A stretch of DNA of 64,000 bases from Bacteroidota bacterium (GTDB lineage Bacteria; Bacteroidota; Bacteroidia; UKL13-3): positions 3,689-67,688 of the forward strand of contig JANYDU010000012.1 in NCBI GenBank assembly GCA_025359805.1, written 5' to 3'. Under the pieces are notes generated by a model. The model did no database searches, had not been told where the DNA came from, and saw only the letters and a program-made list of their open reading frames with translations. Below are positions 60,801 through 64,000 of this stretch, piece by piece. A program made the translations under genes and the position numbers. Numbering within the stretch: position 1 is the stretch's first letter; each line of letters starts with the position of its first letter.

Positions 60801-61913
60801 CCTAATACTACTGGAACAGTTAATAGCACACAGGTATTTGTTCGTTACAATCCTTCTGTTCCGTTTGCATTAAATCAAAATGTAATTGTTACTGCATCAT
60901 CTGTAACACCTACACCTAATACAAATAATGCAACAAATGTTGTTGAGTTTGTATTCGGTGTTGCTACTCCAACTGTTGGAACTGATTTAACAAGTTTGCC
61001 TACATTTTATACTACGATTAATAAGCCATCAGTAGCTTATCCAATAATGGTTAGTGGATCAAAATTAACTCAAGGAGTTGTTGTAACAGGATCAAACGGT
61101 TTCCAAGTTTCTTTAGATTCAATATCATTTGGACCATCAGTAACAGCAAATCAAGTTGGTGGAAACACAGCTAATACTAAAGTATATGTTCGTTATTCAG
61201 CTGCAACTCCAGGACAAGTTACAGGAAGTTATGTAAATGTTGGAACATTTGGTGGTTCAAGCATTCCAGTATTGGTTACTGGTGTTGCTGTTCTTCCTCC
61301 ATTACCAATTGTAACATTATCAACGGCTGTTTTAACTCCATTTAGTACAAACCTTGCAACTCCCACAGCTCCACAATCATTTACTGTATCAGCTCAAAAT
61401 TTATTAGATTCATTGAGTATAACTGTGGGGTCTGATTTTGAAGTTTCACCTGATTCAATTAACTACAAAAAAGCTTGGAAATTGGCTGGAGATGTTAATG
61501 GAAATATTGCAACTAAAAAATTATTTGCACGCTTTAACAGACCAACTGCTGGTACAAGCTCTGATACCATTTTCTTTACAGCAACTGGAGTAACAACTCA
61601 AAAAATTGCTGTAACGGGAACAAGCACTAAAGGTGTTGGCATTGATAATGTAAATAATTTAAGTGCGTATAGTTTGTATCCTAATCCTGCACAACACGAA
61701 TTAAATATTGATTTTAAATTGGAGAATTCGGCAGAGGTTAAGATTCAAATTATTGATATCTCTGGACGTATTGTTAGAGAAGTAAATCAAAACTTTAATT
61801 CGGGAGTAAATTCAATTAATATGAATATTAGCGATGTAACCAATGGTTTCTATTTTGTGAAAATGGAAAGCAACAACTTCACAAAAGCTAGTCGTTTTAT
61901 GATTGCAAAATAA
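57879..61913 (+). CDS. Giant (1344-aa) T9SS-secreted cell-surface protein: ~470-aa N-terminal domain, about six tandem ~100-aa Thr/Ser-rich beta-sandwich repeats, and a C-terminal T9SS sorting domain.
   Basis: Signal peptide MKIKSTFLIAALTLSLTTFAQ. N-terminal motifs DNSGSIRYMRVEYAG and DDAFEWFGG. Recurring repeat signature …ITAPxxF(E/Q)VS… (APTGFEVSANG, APANFQVSNN, APANWEVSTS, GSNGFQVSLDS, GSDFEVSPDS). C-terminus LYPNPAQHELNIDF…FYFVKMESNNFTKASRFMIAK is a type-A T9SS CTD. Confidence 0.8.
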   Translation: MKIKSTFLIAALTLSLTTFAQFFDSVPYRGAFGIKGGTRGTVTGFTGYNPDPSNNDADWTKPWAEFAPNTVAYPGDAGYNQTNAQFYTKGSAAEKVTLSSDISSDLTLTNDKWYEISGLIHVLNGVTLTIQPGTCIRGSLTNLGGLIISQGGKIMAISDRNHPIVMTSQKPVGSRVRGDWAGLLILGRSINNNPGGQRIFEALPADPLALYGGGANPNEADNSGSIRYMRVEYAGYNYLPDQEINGVTFGACGSGSHFDYMQSSFANDDAFEWFGGTCSHKYLISYAETDDEFDIDEGYHGNLQFLLGVRSAGVTETSPAGACNGLEHDNNTNLGTSSAVNPNITAPLPTTAPTISNMTLVGPQHPGANKTSLSTLWQQRIGEQYRIRTNAATGVFNSIAYGYATSIFLPNVANLSPSVQTRASDDELCIRNNTIINTLSGPDIRFNSSNYPTTSSVPGWPAGTTPWTGLGDMRNWIINGPVVSVYNFTGATNNDTTRTTITTADITQPDYNGVSNGALSQLDYTVCDWTLTSTSTLRNTANFQHPRIALVAQPSIAANPTVLPSFTQIIGTPSTSKYVVIKSSSLSGGVLITAPTGFEVSANGTSGWGASFTKGTTAADTLAYIRLNRNSAGTTTGFLMITSTKTPVEFNPINISINGTCVSPATPYINVSTSSLNFTSPSVMSLNVSGKNLTTNIVITAPANFQVSNNSTSGFAASLNLTPSSGTVTNTIVYVKYISTGNTDAGTLTVASTGSDIFNVALTGSSAPNINVLPGLVQAAGGTQIQYPYINTIAGTPSVAYPIYVSASQLTDTVKVGLIQSTSAALSNYQLSLDSAFTSPAQTLNLNIARAAILNTTIYVRYNAAAVTTNAGFVTFTSTGAPLTYQTGSSVITGPVSQIVSLSARASALGGKIVSIYAPSYQLKYSAVLGTATAPQSIWVSGQNLGTDSVVVTAPANWEVSTSATGTYSSVLYFPNTTGTVNSTQVFVRYNPSVPFALNQNVIVTASSVTPTPNTNNATNVVEFVFGVATPTVGTDLTSLPTFYTTINKPSVAYPIMVSGSKLTQGVVVTGSNGFQVSLDSISFGPSVTANQVGGNTANTKVYVRYSAATPGQVTGSYVNVGTFGGSSIPVLVTGVAVLPPLPIVTLSTAVLTPFSTNLATPTAPQSFTVSAQNLLDSLSITVGSDFEVSPDSINYKKAWKLAGDVNGNIATKKLFARFNRPTAGTSSDTIFFTATGVTTQKIAVTGTSTKGVGIDNVNNLSAYSLYPNPAQHELNIDFKLENSAEVKIQIIDISGRIVREVNQNFNSGVNSINMNISDVTNGFYFVKMESNNFTKASRFMIAK

Positions 61914-61944
61914 ATTTAGTAAAGTTTAGTAAATAAGAGCAAAG

Positions 61945-61976
61945 CGCTCTGCTTCGATAGGAGCAGGGCGTTTTTT
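61945..61976 (+). terminator. Rho-independent terminator after the giant T9SS gene
   Basis: cgctctgcttcgataggagcagggcgtttttt; 8-bp stem (one G·U pair), 10-nt loop, U6 tail. Confidence 0.75.
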
Positions 61977-62001
61977 GCATAATAGAAATGAACTAATTTT
62001 G

Positions 62002-62373
62002 TTAAGCTAAAAACTCATTAAAGTCTTGCCCCAACTCAACAAATAACTCAACATAAGTTCTGAACTCGCCTTTTAACGCAATATGATCGCTGGCAACTCG
62101 CAATTGCAGATAATCTAAACTTAACCTCACCATTCTTTCAATATCATTTTCATGAGATTTAATATTGTGACGAAGTATATCTGTTACCTCCGCTTGCCTT
62201 ATAAATCGATTTTGGAACTGTTCAACTCTTGCAGCCATTTTAGTTGAAAAACCAGGCATCAAAACAACCAATCTGTTTTGCATGTCTTTTAATTCCATTT
62301 TTGCATGGTCAATATATTCGAGCCATTTTACATGCTCAGTTATCAATGCATTTTGACTATTTAATGTTTCCAT
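62002..62373 (-). CDS. Hypothetical 123-aa protein (weak hemerythrin-like His/Glu spacing, not convincing)
   Basis: Clean ORF with ATG start and plausible spacing. No confident motif. Confidence 0.45.
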   Translation of the reverse strand: METLNSQNALITEHVKWLEYIDHAKMELKDMQNRLVVLMPGFSTKMAARVEQFQNRFIRQAEVTDILRHNIKSHENDIERMVRLSLDYLQLRVASDHIALKGEFRTYVELFVELGQDFNEFLA

Positions 62374-62630
62374 GGGCGTAATTTTTTTACTTTAGATAAT
62401 TGCTGCGTCTATGAAACTAATTTTAAAGGTAAATTTATTTTTGAAATTTACACCCTGACCCTTAGATTTTTATATGAATTGCGATTTAAATATGTGTAGT
62501 ATAAAATAGTCAAACACCTTCCCTAACAAGTATTCTATGTTTTGAAAACCAGGTGTTTGAAAACCCAAAAATGATTCATTTTTTAAGTAAAAATTTAATG
62601 TAGTTTTGTCCGAATAAAATTAAAAATTGT

Positions 62631-64000
62631 ATGGAATTCAGAATAGAACATGATACCATGGGTGAGGTAAAAGTGCCTGCCAACAAATATTGGGGGGCTC
62701 AAACGGAACGCTCCAGAAACAACTTTAAAATAGGACCAGAAGCCAGCATGCCCAAAGAAATAATTCATGCATTTGCGTATCTAAAAAAAGCTGCTGCTCA
62801 TGCAAACTGTGAACTTGGAGTTTTAAGTTCCGAAAAACGGGATTTAATTAGTAAAGTATGTGATGAGATTTTAACAGGAAGTTTAGATAATGAATTTCCA
62901 TTAGTAATTTGGCAAACAGGAAGTGGAACGCAAAGTAATATGAATGCCAATGAGGTGATTGCAAATAGAGCTCATGTTATTAATGGAGGGAAATTAAGTG
63001 ATGAAAAAAAAGTGCTTCATCCAAATGATGATGTAAATAAATCTCAATCATCAAATGATACTTTTCCAACGGCTATGCATATTGGAGCCTATAAATCTGT
63101 TGTTGAGATTACCATTCCAGGAATGGAACAATTGCGAAATACATTGGATATAAAAGCAAAAGAATTTAGCTCAATAGTTAAGGTTGGTCGCACACATTTT
63201 ATGGATGCTACTCCACTTACTTTGGGACAAGAATTTTCGGGATACGCACAGCAAATTACTAATTCTATTCGTGCGTTAAAATGCGCATTAGAAATGATTA
63301 CCGAACTTGCTCTTGGAGGTACAGCTGTGGGAACAGGGCTAAATGCACCAAAAGGATATGATGTGTTAGTTGCAAAAAAAATTGCAGAATTTACGCAACA
63401 CCCATTTGTAACCGCACCTAATAAATTTGAAGCATTAGCTGCGCATGATGCGATGGTTGAATTAAGTGGAGCATTAAAACGTAGCGCAGTTTCATTAATG
63501 AAAATTGCAAATGATGTTAGGATGCTTTCTTCAGGACCAAGAAGTGGAATTGGGGAAATAGTAATTCCTGATAATGAACCCGGTTCTTCTATTATGCCTG
63601 GAAAAGTTAACCCCACACAACCCGAGGCGTTAACAATGGTTTGTGCTCAAGTAATAGGAAATGACGTGGCGGTTTCATTTGGCGGAGCAGCTGGGCATTT
63701 TGAATTAAATGTGTTTAAACCCGTTATCGCTGTAAACGTTTTACAAAGTGCGAGATTAATTGGCGATGCTTGTGTTTCGTTTGATGTGAATTGTGCTGTT
63801 GGTATTACTCCAAATCATAAAACCATTAAAAACCATTTAGAAAATTCATTGATGTTGGTAACTGCACTTAACCCTCATATTGGTTATGAGAATGCAGCAA
63901 AAATTGCAAAGAAAGCCCACAAGGAAGATAAAACACTTCGCGAAGCAGCAATAGAATCAGGTTTATTAAACAATGAACAATTTGATGCTTGGGTAAAACC
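62631..64000 (+). CDS. fumC: Fumarate hydratase class II (5' partial; continues beyond the window end)
   Basis: [32 protein letters not shown]… and the [13 protein letters not shown] signature. The ORF is still open at nt 64000. Confidence 0.93.
   Translation, partial: MEFRIEHDTMGEVKVPANKYWGAQTERSRNNFKIGPEASMPKEIIHAFAYLKKAAAHANCELGVLSSEKRDLISKVCDEILTGSLDNEFPLVIWQTGSGTQSNMNANEVIANRAHVINGGKLSDEKKVLHPNDDVNKSQSSNDTFPTAMHIGAYKSVVEITIPGMEQLRNTLDIKAKEFSSIVKVGRTHFMDATPLTLGQEFSGYAQQITNSIRALKCALEMITELALGGTAVGTGLNAPKGYDVLVAKKIAEFTQHPFVTAPNKFEALAAHDAMVELSGALKRSAVSLMKIANDVRMLSSGPRSGIGEIVIPDNEPGSSIMPGKVNPTQPEALTMVCAQVIGNDVAVSFGGAAGHFELNVFKPVIAVNVLQSARLIGDACVSFDVNCAVGITPNHKTIKNHLENSLMLVTALNPHIGYENAAKIAKKAHKEDKTLREAAIESGLLNNEQFDAWVK

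Noticed and set aside
63089-63616. 175-aa ORF on the minus strand inside the fumC region
   Set aside because: It is antisense to a strongly supported fumC reading frame, has low-complexity Ser/Ala/Pro-rich composition and no motif. Judged a spurious frame-shadow ORF.
1-64000. CRISPR arrays, tRNA/rRNA genes, integrases/transposases, prophage structural genes
   Set aside because: No regularly spaced direct repeats, no GC-rich cloverleaf-like islands in the intergenic regions, and no recombinase-like ORFs were seen by eye. The only repeat-delimited unit is the GxxExxY module at 18-467.

Overview
AT-rich (about one-third GC) chromosomal segment from a member of Bacteroidota. The Flavobacteriia/Sphingobacteriia-like assignment is inference: it rests on two T9SS C-terminal sorting domains, the conserved DUF6089-uppS-bamA-ompH-ompH neighbourhood, and LytTR/LiaF-type and OlsF-like genes. 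Most of the window is densely packed housekeeping: anmK, purL, tatC, rpiB, meaB, bamA, uppS, nadK, pnp, rpsO, accD, fbaB, sucA, prmA, kbl, and a 5' partial fumC. No rRNA, tRNA, CRISPR array, integrase or transposase is recognisable. Stretches that look accessory or unusual: (1) a GxxExxY-family gene at the window start bracketed by inverted CGCAGA(T) repeats; (2) a periplasmic TlpA-like thiol-disulfide oxidoreductase next to a Tat-exported class V PLP enzyme; (3) a LiaF-like/DUF4288/LytS-type kinase/LytTR regulator operon followed by an orphan tandem-domain hypothetical; (4) a multi-domain T9SS-secreted endonuclease I; (5) three tandem DUF6089 outer-membrane paralogs, one carrying a (CCA)n-encoded Gly run; (6) a DUF6922-like small protein overlapping an AbiEii-type nucleotidyltransferase 'toxin' gene, with no AbiEi partner; (7) a lipid locus of an MJ1255-type glycosyltransferase, an LpxH-like phosphoesterase and a fused PlsC+GNAT (OlsF-like) acyltransferase; (8) a TonB-dependent receptor followed by a 1344-aa T9SS protein with about six tandem beta-sandwich repeats, the two genes sharing an upstream TTAACGTTT motif. 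All calls come from reading the translated ORFs and the nucleotide sequence; no database search was run.
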